A DNA stretch of 43,305 nt from positions 1 to 43,305 of the IMG/VR virus record IMGVR_UViG_3300030376_006694. One strand, given 5' to 3'. The DNA is from a virus. Taxonomy: Duplodnaviria > Caudoviricetes. This document shows, piece by piece, positions 15,618 through 26,700 of this stretch. Positions within the stretch are counted from its first letter, which is position 1, and each line of letters opens with the position of its first letter. The position numbers and the translations under genes were made by a program. The notes under the pieces are model-generated. The model was not told where the DNA came from, searched no databases, and saw only the letters and a program-made list of their open reading frames with translations.

Positions 15618-17248
15618 TAGATTATAATCTTACAAAAGAAGAAAAGCGTGAAATAGTAAGAAGAATGTATTTAGACGTATTTTTCTTTGCTAAGATTATA
15701 CTTGGAGATGAGAAGCAGCCTATGCACTACCATGTTAGGTGCGAATCACCTCCTTTCCATAAAGAAGTCATAGATACCCTTATTAATTTAAATGAAGGTG
15801 AGAAATTAGCAGTTGTTGCTCCTAGGGGACATGCGAAATCTACCCTTATATCCCTAATATTCCCATTGCATAGAATATTATTCGGAGAAGAAAGGTTTGT
15901 TCTCCTGATATCAGAATCAGAAATGCAGTCTAAATATTTATTACAGACCCTTGGAGATGAAATAGAGTATAACGAAAAACTACACTACTTCTTTGGCAAT
16001 AGAATGGGAGATGTATGGGGAAAAGAAGAAAAAGAAATAATAACAGAGTATAACCCCGATGGAAGTGCGGCTGCAACATGTAAAATAATGGTTCGTGGTA
16101 CTGGACAAAAAGTTAGGGGACTTAAATATGGCGCATATAGACCAACGCTTACCATTATAGACGATGGTGAGGGTGATGGCAATGCAGCGACTCCTATGCA
16201 GCGTGATAAATTTAGAAGATGGATTGATACTTCAGTTGTTCCAGGTTCAGATGACGGAAAAATTGTATTTATTGGAACAATAGTAGATGAAGAAGCGTAC
16301 CTTAATACTGTAGCTGGTTCTAAAGCCTATAATAAAGATGGTAAAAAAATAATAAAAGGCTGGAAAGGCTTATTTTATCAATCTATCCTGCAAAACACTA
16401 AACCGCATGAGTTTATTGCATCAGGAAAGGAAATAAATGATAAAGACAAAAATCCAAGCGTTTTATGGAAAGAGCGTAGACCTTATTCATGGCTTGTGGA
16501 ACGAAGAGAGGAAGCAAGAGCTAAAGGAGACATTGGATACTTTTTCCAGGAATATCAAAATGTACCCATGGACGACTCTTTTAGAGTATTTAAAAAAGAC
16601 GACATACAATATTATGATGGTTATTATACTCGTGAAGGTGATATTGATTATATTAATGTTAAAAATGGTAGCGACAGTCTTAAAGTACCTGTTAATATTT
16701 TTATGGGAGTTGACCCAGCATCTTCGGAAAACATTAAAGCTAACTACACTGTAATAATGGTGGTAGGAGTTGATGCGGAATTTAACGTTTATGTTATAGA
16801 CTACTTTCGTGGCCAAGTTTCCCCAATGGATGGAGCAGAAAAAATATTCGAATTGTGCGAAATGTACAACCCTAAATATGTAAATATAGAAGAAACAGGA
16901 CATGTTATGTTAGCTGACTATATGGAAAAAACATCCAAGAAGACTGGAAAATACTTGCATATTAATAGAAAAAAAGCAATTCAGAAAAAATTCTATAGAA
17001 TTAAATCTATGCAGCCCATGTTTGCATCTAAATCAGTGTTCCTTAAAAATGAGCACTATGATTTGCAACAAGAGTTGCTGGGTTTTAAAGAACACGCAAC
17101 GTCAACTAAAGATACCCTAGATGCATTACGATGGGCGACTGATGATATTTACGCTCCCAACTTAGAGTTATCAGAGGGTGGAGAGTGGCAATATCCTGAA
17201 ATGTCTATAGGAGCAGACTGGGAAACTGGGGAATTAATATATAATTAA
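15614..17248 (+). CDS. terL: Terminase large subunit
   Basis: Walker A APRGHAKST, Walker B IIDD, FIGT coupling motif, nuclease motifs GVDPA and DTLDAL. Confidence 0.93.
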   Translation: MIDYNLTKEEKREIVRRMYLDVFFFAKIILGDEKQPMHYHVRCESPPFHKEVIDTLINLNEGEKLAVVAPRGHAKSTLISLIFPLHRILFGEERFVLLISESEMQSKYLLQTLGDEIEYNEKLHYFFGNRMGDVWGKEEKEIITEYNPDGSAAATCKIMVRGTGQKVRGLKYGAYRPTLTIIDDGEGDGNAATPMQRDKFRRWIDTSVVPGSDDGKIVFIGTIVDEEAYLNTVAGSKAYNKDGKKIIKGWKGLFYQSILQNTKPHEFIASGKEINDKDKNPSVLWKERRPYSWLVERREEARAKGDIGYFFQEYQNVPMDDSFRVFKKDDIQYYDGYYTREGDIDYINVKNGSDSLKVPVNIFMGVDPASSENIKANYTVIMVVGVDAEFNVYVIDYFRGQVSPMDGAEKIFELCEMYNPKYVNIEETGHVMLADYMEKTSKKTGKYLHINRKKAIQKKFYRIKSMQPMFASKSVFLKNEHYDLQQELLGFKEHATSTKDTLDALRWATDDIYAPNLELSEGGEWQYPEMSIGADWETGELIYN

Positions 17249-17301
17249 TTATAATACTTTGAAATGTGTATTAAAAGTATTTATTTTATGAACGAGGTTT
17301 T

Positions 17302-19320
17302 ATGTTAAATTTAAAAGATTTAGAAATACCAGAAATTGATGCTAGCGATATTCGTGACGAATATACTATATATGAAAGCGAATCAAGTGAGTATCGAAAT
17401 CAAATGGCAGAAGATGAAGAGTTCTTTCTAGGAAAACAATTATCTGAAGCTCAAAAAGATTATTTAATAAGTGTAGGACAACCCCCCGAATCAAATAATA
17501 AAATTAGGCCTGCTGTAGAGCAAGTTCTTTCAAATATTGCATCGGGCAAGCCTGAATGGGACATTGAGCCTGTCGGGGATATGGATGGAAAGTTTGCATC
17601 TATATATAACCAGTTAATGGATAATATATGGTACAACTCAAATGGTGATTCTCAATTTCGTTCGGCATGTAAAGATTTTATAGTTAAAGGAATAAGTTAT
17701 CTTCATATATATCCTGATTATCATTCTGAGAGAGGACTAGGAGCTTTAAAGGTTAAAAGAATTAATCCTGAATCTATATTTGTAGACCCGAACTCTTCTA
17801 TGTCTGATTTTTCTGATGCAACAAGTATTATATATTCAGACTTGCATACAAAAGAATCCTTAAAAATATCATTCCCTGATTTTGCTGATGAAATAGAAGA
17901 AGCTAGAGAAGATTATTATAGAAATGAAATAACGACAGGGAAGTACGATAGAGATGCAATATTTACCAGAGGAGATGAGACGGAAGATGCTCAACCTAAA
18001 GTTAGAAAATTTGTAAGATTTTCAAAAGTAAGTATTCCTATGGCAATGTTAACTGAAGCAGCTTCAGGGAAACAACAAATATTTGGAAAAGAAGATTATA
18101 AAAATTTTACAGAAGACCCAAGATACGATGAATTAATTAAAAAGAATGCGATAATAGAAAAAATAGTATATGAAACAAAGGTTAGAGAAACGTGTGTTAT
18201 AGGAGATGTAGTATATTACGATGAGATACTACCTATATCTAATTATCCTATAGTACCAGCATGTAATGAATATGTAGGCACACCATTTCCTTCAGGAGAT
18301 GTAAGACATGCTAAAAGCCCTCAAAGGATGCTAAATAGAACTGAGGCATTATTAATATCGCACACAAGTTCAACAACAAATTTTAAATTAGTAGTAGAGG
18401 ATGGAGCTATTGACCCTAAAGAGCTGCAAAAATGGAATATACCAAATGCAGTTATAAGGGCAAACCCAGGAGCATTAAGAGAAGGTAAGATAAGAGAATT
18501 TGCCCCACCTGCTGTTTCCTCTCAACTATTCCAAGAAAAAGCTAGATACGAGCTAGATATTGAGCAAGTATTTGGTGCTTATAAGTATATGCAAGGATAT
18601 GGTGGCGCATCTCCAGGAACAGTAGGAGAGGCTAGAATTATAGAAGATGCGGTTTCAAGAAAACAAAATTGGAAGATATTGCCTATTTATGATATGTTAA
18701 CAAATGCTGGTAAAGTGGTTGTAGATTGGATTCCTCATGTTTACAATCAAGAGAGAGTGTTACGAATGACTGACGAGTATGGTGGAATGCAAGAAGTATC
18801 AGTCAACCAATCAGTAGTTGATAGATATGGAGATATCGTAAAATTATATGATATGACATCTAATACAGTAGATATTAGGGTTGTAATAGGCTCTACAAGA
18901 GCTAAGTCTGCAGAAGCAGAACTACAAAAAGATTTACAATTACTAGGAGCTGGGATTATAGATAAAACTCAAGTAATAATGAATATGAAAACTGATATAG
19001 ATAAACAAGGCTTATTACAAAGAATGAGTGAAATATCACAATTATCACAAAGAGTTCAGGCTCTAGAAGAAGAATTAAAAGCTAAGGATGGTGACTTACA
19101 AACACGAGAACGTGAATTGTTCCACACTAAGATGAGAGCAGAAATATCAGAGGCTACTAAACCTGTAATACAGGCGCAGTCTAATATAAAAGCTCAAGCT
19201 AAGGTGGAGTCAGAGCGACAACGTGCAAAAACAAAACAAGTTGAAACAAATTTAGCTAGTGCTGAAAAAGCGGTTAACTCAGAACAACCAGCCTCTGTTC
19301 CTGATATAGGAATAGGGTAA
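17302..19320 (+). CDS. Portal protein (P22-like, with long C-terminal coiled coil)
   Basis: NKIRPAVEQV, SIFVDP, YPIVP and SPQRMLN motifs; follows terL. Confidence 0.88.
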   Translation: MLNLKDLEIPEIDASDIRDEYTIYESESSEYRNQMAEDEEFFLGKQLSEAQKDYLISVGQPPESNNKIRPAVEQVLSNIASGKPEWDIEPVGDMDGKFASIYNQLMDNIWYNSNGDSQFRSACKDFIVKGISYLHIYPDYHSERGLGALKVKRINPESIFVDPNSSMSDFSDATSIIYSDLHTKESLKISFPDFADEIEEAREDYYRNEITTGKYDRDAIFTRGDETEDAQPKVRKFVRFSKVSIPMAMLTEAASGKQQIFGKEDYKNFTEDPRYDELIKKNAIIEKIVYETKVRETCVIGDVVYYDEILPISNYPIVPACNEYVGTPFPSGDVRHAKSPQRMLNRTEALLISHTSSTTNFKLVVEDGAIDPKELQKWNIPNAVIRANPGALREGKIREFAPPAVSSQLFQEKARYELDIEQVFGAYKYMQGYGGASPGTVGEARIIEDAVSRKQNWKILPIYDMLTNAGKVVVDWIPHVYNQERVLRMTDEYGGMQEVSVNQSVVDRYGDIVKLYDMTSNTVDIRVVIGSTRAKSAEAELQKDLQLLGAGIIDKTQVIMNMKTDIDKQGLLQRMSEISQLSQRVQALEEELKAKDGDLQTRERELFHTKMRAEISEATKPVIQAQSNIKAQAKVESERQRAKTKQVETNLASAEKAVNSEQPASVPDIGIG

Positions 19321-19342
19321 CTGAAAGAAAAGGAGCATCGAA

Positions 19343-20224
19343 ATGTCAGACGACCAAACCCAACAAGTAGAAGAAACTAACGAAGATAACCTTAATTTAG
19401 TTGATGTTTTACAAGACTTCAATGAAGCAAAAGGCTCTTCAGAAGAACCTGTCGTAGAAGATTCTGCGAAAGAGGAAGTTCAGTTAGAAGAATCAAACGT
19501 TGAAGCCGAAGAGGAAAAGATAGTAGATAGTAAAAGTTGGTTAATAGAAAATAAGTTCGAAGATACAGATGAAGGAAGAGCAAATCTTGCTAAGTCATAT
19601 CGTGAACTGCAAAGCAAAATAGATAAAGATAAAGTGGAGATTAATAAAAAAGCTGAAGACCTAGAGCGACTAGAAAAGCTAGATTCTTTATTAAAAGAAA
19701 ATCCTAATGTAGTATCTGCAATGAAGGATGCTTTAAATGAAGAACAAAAGCAAGTTGACGGACCACCACAAAAGCCAGAAAGCTATGACATCCTAGATGA
19801 AAGTATAGATGGGACAGAGTCAAATGCATGGAGAACAAAACATGATGAGTGGCTTATAACTCAAGGAAGGAAGCAAGCTGTTGAAGAAGTTAATAACTTC
19901 AAACAAGAAATAGCTTTAAAAGAATCTCAGATGAAAGAACTTGCTGAATTGCAATCTATGGGTATGAGTGATGAAGAAATAGTAGATTATAAAAACTTTA
20001 TTTCTTCTGAACAAAACCTAACCAATGAAACACTAGTACAGGTATATCGCTTCCTTAAAGGCAACAGAGCAGAGACTAATAAAGAAACTAATGTAGAACA
20101 GCCTATTGTAGAAAAAAGGACTACAGCTGCTGCTACTACAGGTTCAACTCCTCCAGTTAAAAAAACAGCTGACAAGGAAAAGGAAGATTTCTTTAATGGT
20201 ATTATGCAATTTAGTAGACAATAA
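19343..20224 (+). CDS. Capsid scaffolding protein
   Basis: Acidic coiled coil with LAKSYRELQ; lies between portal and MCP. Confidence 0.8.
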   Translation: MSDDQTQQVEETNEDNLNLVDVLQDFNEAKGSSEEPVVEDSAKEEVQLEESNVEAEEEKIVDSKSWLIENKFEDTDEGRANLAKSYRELQSKIDKDKVEINKKAEDLERLEKLDSLLKENPNVVSAMKDALNEEQKQVDGPPQKPESYDILDESIDGTESNAWRTKHDEWLITQGRKQAVEEVNNFKQEIALKESQMKELAELQSMGMSDEEIVDYKNFISSEQNLTNETLVQVYRFLKGNRAETNKETNVEQPIVEKRTTAAATTGSTPPVKKTADKEKEDFFNGIMQFSRQ

Positions 20225-20252
20225 AAAATAACCTTAAGGAAAGGAGACAGAA

Positions 20253-21782
20253 ATGTCAACAACAACATATGGAGCAGGAACAGCGTTACAGTTTACTGAT
20301 GGTTCGCAACGTCAGGTACTGGAACTCGGTTCTAAAATCCACTATTATAATCCTTCCGTAACTCCTTTATTGACACTAATGGGTCGTATGTCAACGGCAG
20401 TGACTCCTGTGCCAATTTTTGAGTGGATGGAAGACGAATACATGATGCAAAAATCAATTAGAGTAGACTTTGCTGGAGGAACAGCAGGGGCAAACTCTAA
20501 TACTGCAGTTTTATCAGATACCGCTACAAGTGGTGTTAATGGTGAAAATGTAGTTGTAAACTTTAGACAAGGTCAACATGAAGCACTAGAAGTTGGTGGT
20601 ATATACAAAGCAACTTTAACTGGTACTGGGGCTTTAGCTGCTGACGTAACTCACTTAATATGTATTGCAATCGGTGAAGATTGTAATATTACAAATGCAG
20701 CTCATACGCAAGCTCAGTTTTTGCCTGCGCACAAGCATGCTTCATTAAATGCATATAATACAGAAGCTATAGCAGGTGGTACAGATGTTATAGGATTTAA
20801 TGTAGATACTACTTTAGACCTTACATATGTAGCTACTGCTGGTTTATTTTATGACAATGCTACTGCAACTTCATATTATGGATACAACATTCATAGTGGA
20901 AGTAATGGTTTTGGCGAAATAAATTTTGCTGATGCTGACTACTTTATGGTTGAAGGTGGTGCTGGTCAATATGCTGAGGGTGCTGCAATTGGAACGGAAA
21001 CCAGAAAAAAAGTAAGACGATTGAAGAATTGTACTCAAATCTTTAGAGAGCCTTACACAATTACTAATACTGCGATGGCTGCAAAGCATTATGGTGGTTC
21101 AGAGTTAGCTAGATTACAAGCAAGAAAACTTGCTAAAATTAAGTCTGATATTGAATTTGCTATGCTTACTAATGGTGATATTAGTTTAGATGCATCTTCT
21201 GAAAATCCTAAGCGAACAATGGCTGGATTTGGACTAGGTCAATCTGCTGGAGCTGGATTTGTTAAGTCACTTGATGGTAGAGGCGATGGTAATCTTCAGC
21301 TTGATTTTGATGGTGCCGGACTAGATGAAATGGATGCAGCTGTAGAATATGTATTCTCTGATACCATGGAAGGTTCTTTGGAGAAAACAGTTCTTTGCTC
21401 TAATAAGTGGTTGAGATTTATTACAGCTCTTGGTAGGCAAGGTATTGGAGTAGGTGGTACTCCTGTAGCATCTAATGGAGCGACTCTTAATATTGACTCA
21501 GGCGCTTCAAATGCAACTGCTGGTTTACAGGTTACAAAATATCAAGGACCTGTAGGAGTATTAAACTTCGTAGCTCACCCAATGTTAAGAGGCGAGTATG
21601 AAAATCTAGCTCTTGCAGTTGATATGGCAAATGTAGACCTACGACCTTTAGCATCAAGAGATATGCAGCTTAGAAGCGATATCGTTAATGATGGTAGAGA
21701 TGGTAGAACTGATGAGTGGTTAATGGAAGTTGGATGTGAAGTTCGTAACGAACAGACACACGCTATCCTAAAACTTACTTAA
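20253..21782 (+). CDS. Major capsid protein (SU10/DUF5309-like HK97 fold)
   Basis: TPLLTL, FEWMEDE, NCTQIFR, DIEFAML.G and HPML motifs; strong RBS. Confidence 0.88.
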   Translation: MSTTTYGAGTALQFTDGSQRQVLELGSKIHYYNPSVTPLLTLMGRMSTAVTPVPIFEWMEDEYMMQKSIRVDFAGGTAGANSNTAVLSDTATSGVNGENVVVNFRQGQHEALEVGGIYKATLTGTGALAADVTHLICIAIGEDCNITNAAHTQAQFLPAHKHASLNAYNTEAIAGGTDVIGFNVDTTLDLTYVATAGLFYDNATATSYYGYNIHSGSNGFGEINFADADYFMVEGGAGQYAEGAAIGTETRKKVRRLKNCTQIFREPYTITNTAMAAKHYGGSELARLQARKLAKIKSDIEFAMLTNGDISLDASSENPKRTMAGFGLGQSAGAGFVKSLDGRGDGNLQLDFDGAGLDEMDAAVEYVFSDTMEGSLEKTVLCSNKWLRFITALGRQGIGVGGTPVASNGATLNIDSGASNATAGLQVTKYQGPVGVLNFVAHPMLRGEYENLALAVDMANVDLRPLASRDMQLRSDIVNDGRDGRTDEWLMEVGCEVRNEQTHAILKLT

Positions 21783-21795
21783 TAGTTAGTTAATA

Positions 21796-21827
21796 ATATA
21801 AGGGGGGAAGAAATTCCTCCCTTATAT
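21796..21827 (+). terminator. 14-bp GAAA-tetraloop hairpin after the MCP gene (attenuator or stabiliser; no U-tract)
   Basis: ATATAAGGGGGGAA-GAAA-TTCCTCCCTTATAT. Confidence 0.65.
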
Positions 21828-21847
21828 CATATAAAAAGGTGTAAATT

Positions 21848-21943
21848 ATGGCAAGTAAAATTATGAAGAAAATGGCTATGAAAGCTAAGAAAGTAAAAAA
21901 AGCGAAAAAAAAAGGCAAAAAGATTTATAAAATAAGTTACTAA
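21848..21943 (+). CDS. 31-aa lysine-rich micropeptide
   Basis: MASKIMKKMAMKAKKVKKAKKKGKKIYKISY*; AAGGTG RBS; TAATG coupling to the next gene. Confidence 0.65.
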   Translation: MASKIMKKMAMKAKKVKKAKKKGKKIYKISY

Positions 21944-22893
21944 TGAGATATCAAGAAGCATACGAACTAATACAGGTATCATTAGACTCTCAGGGTTTAG
22001 TGAAATTTCCTATTAGTGAAAAATTAAAAGGTCAGTTTTTTGATTCAGCTGTGAAAGATATTGCACATAGAGTTGTTCGCAAGGTGAATATGCAGTCATT
22101 TACGGCAGGAGGGGATAATTTTGTATTTACTAATGCAGATTATAGCGGGCAGGTATATAAAGTAGAATTAGTAGATTCTGACTCTAATTCATCGAACAAT
22201 AAAAAGGTAGTTCCATTTGTCCCTGAGTCTGCAATGATAAGTGATGATGATAGCAATGTTACAAATGTAGGATACTTCTTAAAGACTGATGTTTCAAGAG
22301 ATACTATAGACGATACTTCTGTTTTTGGCACGGCCAGCGTAAGTGTTAATACTTTAACTATAAATTCTACTTCAAGGCATCATCTTACAAGCGGAGATTA
22401 TGTAATTTTATCAGAAGTAATAGCAGATGGAAGTAGTTCTGTAGCTTTAAATCAAGTATTTTATGATGAATTTGTAAATGGTAAAAGGTTTGCAGTCACT
22501 GTGAGTGACTTAGATACATTTACCGTTACAGTAACAAGCGATTCAACAGCTGCTTCAGCAATGGGGGCAGATACAATATCAGGCAGATGGGTTGAAGATA
22601 CTCAAAAAATATATTTTACTAAAGATGTTTCGGGGACTGTTAAAGTTTATTACTATTCTACCCCAGAAGTTAAAAATAATATAACAAGCATGATAGACCT
22701 TCCAGACTCGTTAATACCAGCAGCTATACATCATACAGTAGGTCAATGCTTAGAGCTTTCAGGTGCATTGCAAGTAGGAGCTGGGCATAGAGCATTAGCT
22801 GCAGGATTAGAGGCAGATTACTTAAGAACATCAAGAGCTAAAGAGGCTATGCAGGATATATTACCTCTACCATTACAGGACTTTGTATTATAA
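21943..22893 (+). CDS. Head-tail adaptor-like structural protein with inserted beta domain
   Basis: Position after MCP; IDLPD..IPAAIHH motif; HHLTSGDYV...DTFTV insert. Confidence 0.6.
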   Translation: MRYQEAYELIQVSLDSQGLVKFPISEKLKGQFFDSAVKDIAHRVVRKVNMQSFTAGGDNFVFTNADYSGQVYKVELVDSDSNSSNNKKVVPFVPESAMISDDDSNVTNVGYFLKTDVSRDTIDDTSVFGTASVSVNTLTINSTSRHHLTSGDYVILSEVIADGSSSVALNQVFYDEFVNGKRFAVTVSDLDTFTVTVTSDSTAASAMGADTISGRWVEDTQKIYFTKDVSGTVKVYYYSTPEVKNNITSMIDLPDSLIPAAIHHTVGQCLELSGALQVGAGHRALAAGLEADYLRTSRAKEAMQDILPLPLQDFVL

Positions 22894-23708
22894 TGGCAAC
22901 TTACCAAGCAAGAATAGAAGATTTAATAGGGACTCCAAGCGCAGGAGCAGATGCGCAATTACTAACTGATTGCTTAACTGATTCTGCGAAAGATATAATT
23001 AATTTAGCTCCAGTCAATGAATTGTGGGCTCTGTCAGTATTGTCAGCTGATAAAACAAGCAATGGAATTACTTTAGCTACAACTGGGATTAAACTTTTGC
23101 AGGTAGAAAGAGAAAATGGTGTAGATGGTCAATATGTAATATGCAAAGAAGTCCCCATGTCATATGAGCGTAAAGTTCAAGATTTAAATAGCATGTTTTA
23201 TCCAACTAAACAAGAACCTGTATTTTTAAGAAAAGAAAATAAGATTTATGTATATCCAGCCCCAGGAGCAGACCCTAATGCATTCAAATTTACTACAGTA
23301 GCATTTCCAAGTATTGATTACAATGAATCTATGGGCGACAATGTATTCCCTGTAGATTGGGATGCAGCTTTAGTATATGGAGCTGCACTAAAATGTTGTT
23401 CAAGGTTAATGTCTGATGTTACAGTAGAATATAATGATGCAACTACAAAGGCACAAAATTTAATTGATGGCTCTGATATGGCTGGAGATAGCAATACAGC
23501 GGAAAGCGCACAATACTGGCTATTAGATGAAGATATAGAAATGGTTAATGCTACTATTGCTACAGCATCTTCAGAGTTATCAAGAGCTCAAGTATTATTA
23601 AGTAAAAAACAGTCCTTAGCGCAAGATATAGAACATATAAAAGTATTATATAGAAGCGCTATAGAAACTATATTCCCATCACAAAACCCACAACAGCAAG
23701 GTAGCTAA
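22893..23708 (+). CDS. Tail adaptor/connector protein
   Basis: KIYVYPAP and FP..W..ALVYGAA motifs typical of podovirus adaptors. Confidence 0.65.
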   Translation: MATYQARIEDLIGTPSAGADAQLLTDCLTDSAKDIINLAPVNELWALSVLSADKTSNGITLATTGIKLLQVERENGVDGQYVICKEVPMSYERKVQDLNSMFYPTKQEPVFLRKENKIYVYPAPGADPNAFKFTTVAFPSIDYNESMGDNVFPVDWDAALVYGAALKCCSRLMSDVTVEYNDATTKAQNLIDGSDMAGDSNTAESAQYWLLDEDIEMVNATIATASSELSRAQVLLSKKQSLAQDIEHIKVLYRSAIETIFPSQNPQQQGS

Positions 23709-23710
23709 TT

Positions 23711-26700
23711 ATGCCCAAAAGTATTTATGACCTTAAAGATTTTTCTGGAGGGCTAAATACCCGTATAGATAAAAGAGATATTCCCGATACAGACTTTGCC
23801 AACACCCTTGGCTTTTCCTTTGATACACCAGGTATTATAAAAATGATGGATAGAAGTAAAAGGCATAAATATGATGGCTCTACATTTGTTCCTCAACTCG
23901 GTGATAATAATTATAAGTTAGAAGAAGGGTATGGTGCTGCATTCGTATCTTGGGATAAAGCAGCTCAATGGGTTGTTTTAAGAACAGGTGAAAGTCAAGA
24001 TGTAAGCGGTTTAAATAATACTTATTATTTAAGTAACAATACGGACTCTGGTGGAGATTGGGACACTGATGATACTTTTTTTGTTTTAAAAGTTATTAGT
24101 GTTAATAATTCTGCAGTAGCAGGAAATAAAACAATAACTTGCTATGTTATAAAACCAGGAAATTCAACAACTAGTTTACATACTGCTTTTTCTCAACAAG
24201 CTACAGTTAGCTTAAAGAAATCAACATCTATAGATGGTACAAGTGCTAGTACAGGAATTGATATAACATCAACAGAGGGTACGGAAATATTAAACAATCC
24301 AAGTTTCACTTCTACAGCCAATTGGACTTTAGGAGGAACTTCTGGGACAAATGCATGGGGAATAACGGGAAACGATTTAGTATTAACTGCCAATACTGGT
24401 CTTGTTAGTGGAAATCCGCATTATATATATCAGCCCTCATCTAGTATGGCTACATCTAGTGAGCTGGAAGCTGGAGGCTTATATACTTTAAAGATAACAT
24501 TTGATGCAAGCGCTAATCTTTCAGCAGGTAAAAGCTTTGATGTCTTGTTTGGAAGTTTTCAGCCATGCGCAACTATTAATCAAAGCGACATATCGTCTAT
24601 TGATGGGGAAGATGTTGTTTATAAAACAATTAAAGCAGGTAGTGCAGTGCAAATCCTTGGTCTCTTGTTTGCAACTACAGATGGGACTATGGGGGCTACT
24701 GCAGAAATAACGGAGATATCTTTAAAACGATTTGCCGTTTCATGGGGAAGCTCTGATAATTGGACAAATGATACAATAAATGATAGTAGTATATTTTTAT
24801 ATAATTCATATGATGAGTCTATAGACCAGTTTAATTATACTACAAAAGCATGGCATCAAGTAATGAAAGAATCTACTACAGATGCCAATACTTTAGAACC
24901 CTTAATATTATTAGACGACGATAGTAGTGCTACAGTTGAAATTAAACCTATAATGTATGCAGTAGACGGCGCACTTAGAGTTGTAGATACTAACTTTAAA
25001 ACACAAAACGATGCCCTGTCAGCCGCAAGAAAGCCTTGTGAGAGTAAATGGATTGGATATATATCAAGAAAATACTTTAATGATGAAAGTGTTTATACTA
25101 AATGGCATGCTACACACATGGATATTAAAGCTCCTACTGATGGCTATATATACGAAGATAATCATCCATTAAATTCTACACAGCTAGCTGATGGCTTTAT
25201 TAACATGAAAGTTAATAAAAGAAAACCGAACGACCAGATTACAACATGGGAATCATGTGAAGATTCAGATGGATGGTATGCGGGAAAAAGCAACAAGCAA
25301 AACTTTAACTTTAATTTTCCTATATCTAGGCAAGCTTTTGATGTTAGTTATCCTGACTATCCAGTTCCTTTAAATCAAGATGGGACAGAAAGAAATGCAG
25401 TAATGGGGTTAGCAGGTCGCTCTATAAATCAAGCTAAATTTATTTTCCAATATCATAGTGGTACAGATGGAACAAGCAACCCTTCTGAAGCATTTGATAA
25501 AGCTATAGACTTATCATCATCAGGTTCTAGTTCTATATCATTTGACTTATTTATACATCCAGATGCTTTAGCAAATTTAAGGACTGATAATTTTGCAATG
25601 TCTGTATGGATTGGAAATCTAGGGGATTACCCCGCAAGTCTTGGAGCTGAATTTGACGAAACATTCGATGGAGATTTTGATGATTCTACTGTTGCAGCAA
25701 TTAAGTTTGAATTTAATAAAGAAGATTTGACAGAAGGCTGGGGAACATACTCTGTAGATGCAAATAGATTTGATAAAGTTATTGGTTCTTTTGATGCAAA
25801 AAATGTAAAAGACTTTGTACTATATTTATATCCAAAATATCAAAGTTTTGGAACTTTTGGAGATATACTTAATTTGCCAGCAATTGGAGATGCATCTAGT
25901 GATGATAATTTAGCTTTAAATGTTCCAACTCTTAGATTTAAAGGCTCTGCAGGTGATGCAATTAATAGATATAGAGAGTTTACAAATGATGTAATACTAG
26001 GGTTAATAACAAAAAATGTTCATATAGTTAAATTAGAATGGAATGAAGAGGATTCTTATTGTTTAGATAATTTTGTAATGGATATTTCTGCAGAAAGCAG
26101 TAGTAGTGATGGGGGAATGGCTCATTATACTAATCATTATGATGGAACTAATGGTGTAATTTCAGGAATTAAACAAAATGATGATTCTACTACCATAACA
26201 GGAAGTGCTTTAAATAATCATTTTCAAGTAGGTGATTTAATTATGTTCTTTTTACATGATAATGCATATGATAATGCTAGCTCAATATTAGATATAAGCT
26301 CTTCAGATAATGAAAATAAATATGAATTTGCAACTATTACTGAAGTTGATACAAGCGGTAATACATTAAGAGTATCAGTTGGACATAATGATGGAGACTT
26401 ACTTACTCATCAAATGACAAATGCTGATGTAGCTTTAACTATTAGTGATGCTGTTGATAGTAAAAATAGATTTGTAGTATTAAGAAAAACAGCAGATGGG
26501 TCAGGAAACAAACCTATTAAAAACTTGCCATACGCAATAAGTAATATTAGGTATGGAAAAAAGTCGTCTGGTGAGTGGAATGGAAAATATAAGTTTTTTT
26601 ATAGCTGGGTATATGACGACAACCAAGAGTCAAAATTATTTGAATTTAAAATGCCTGCTAATGATTACAATATTACAAGTGCAACAGATACCAATGAAAT

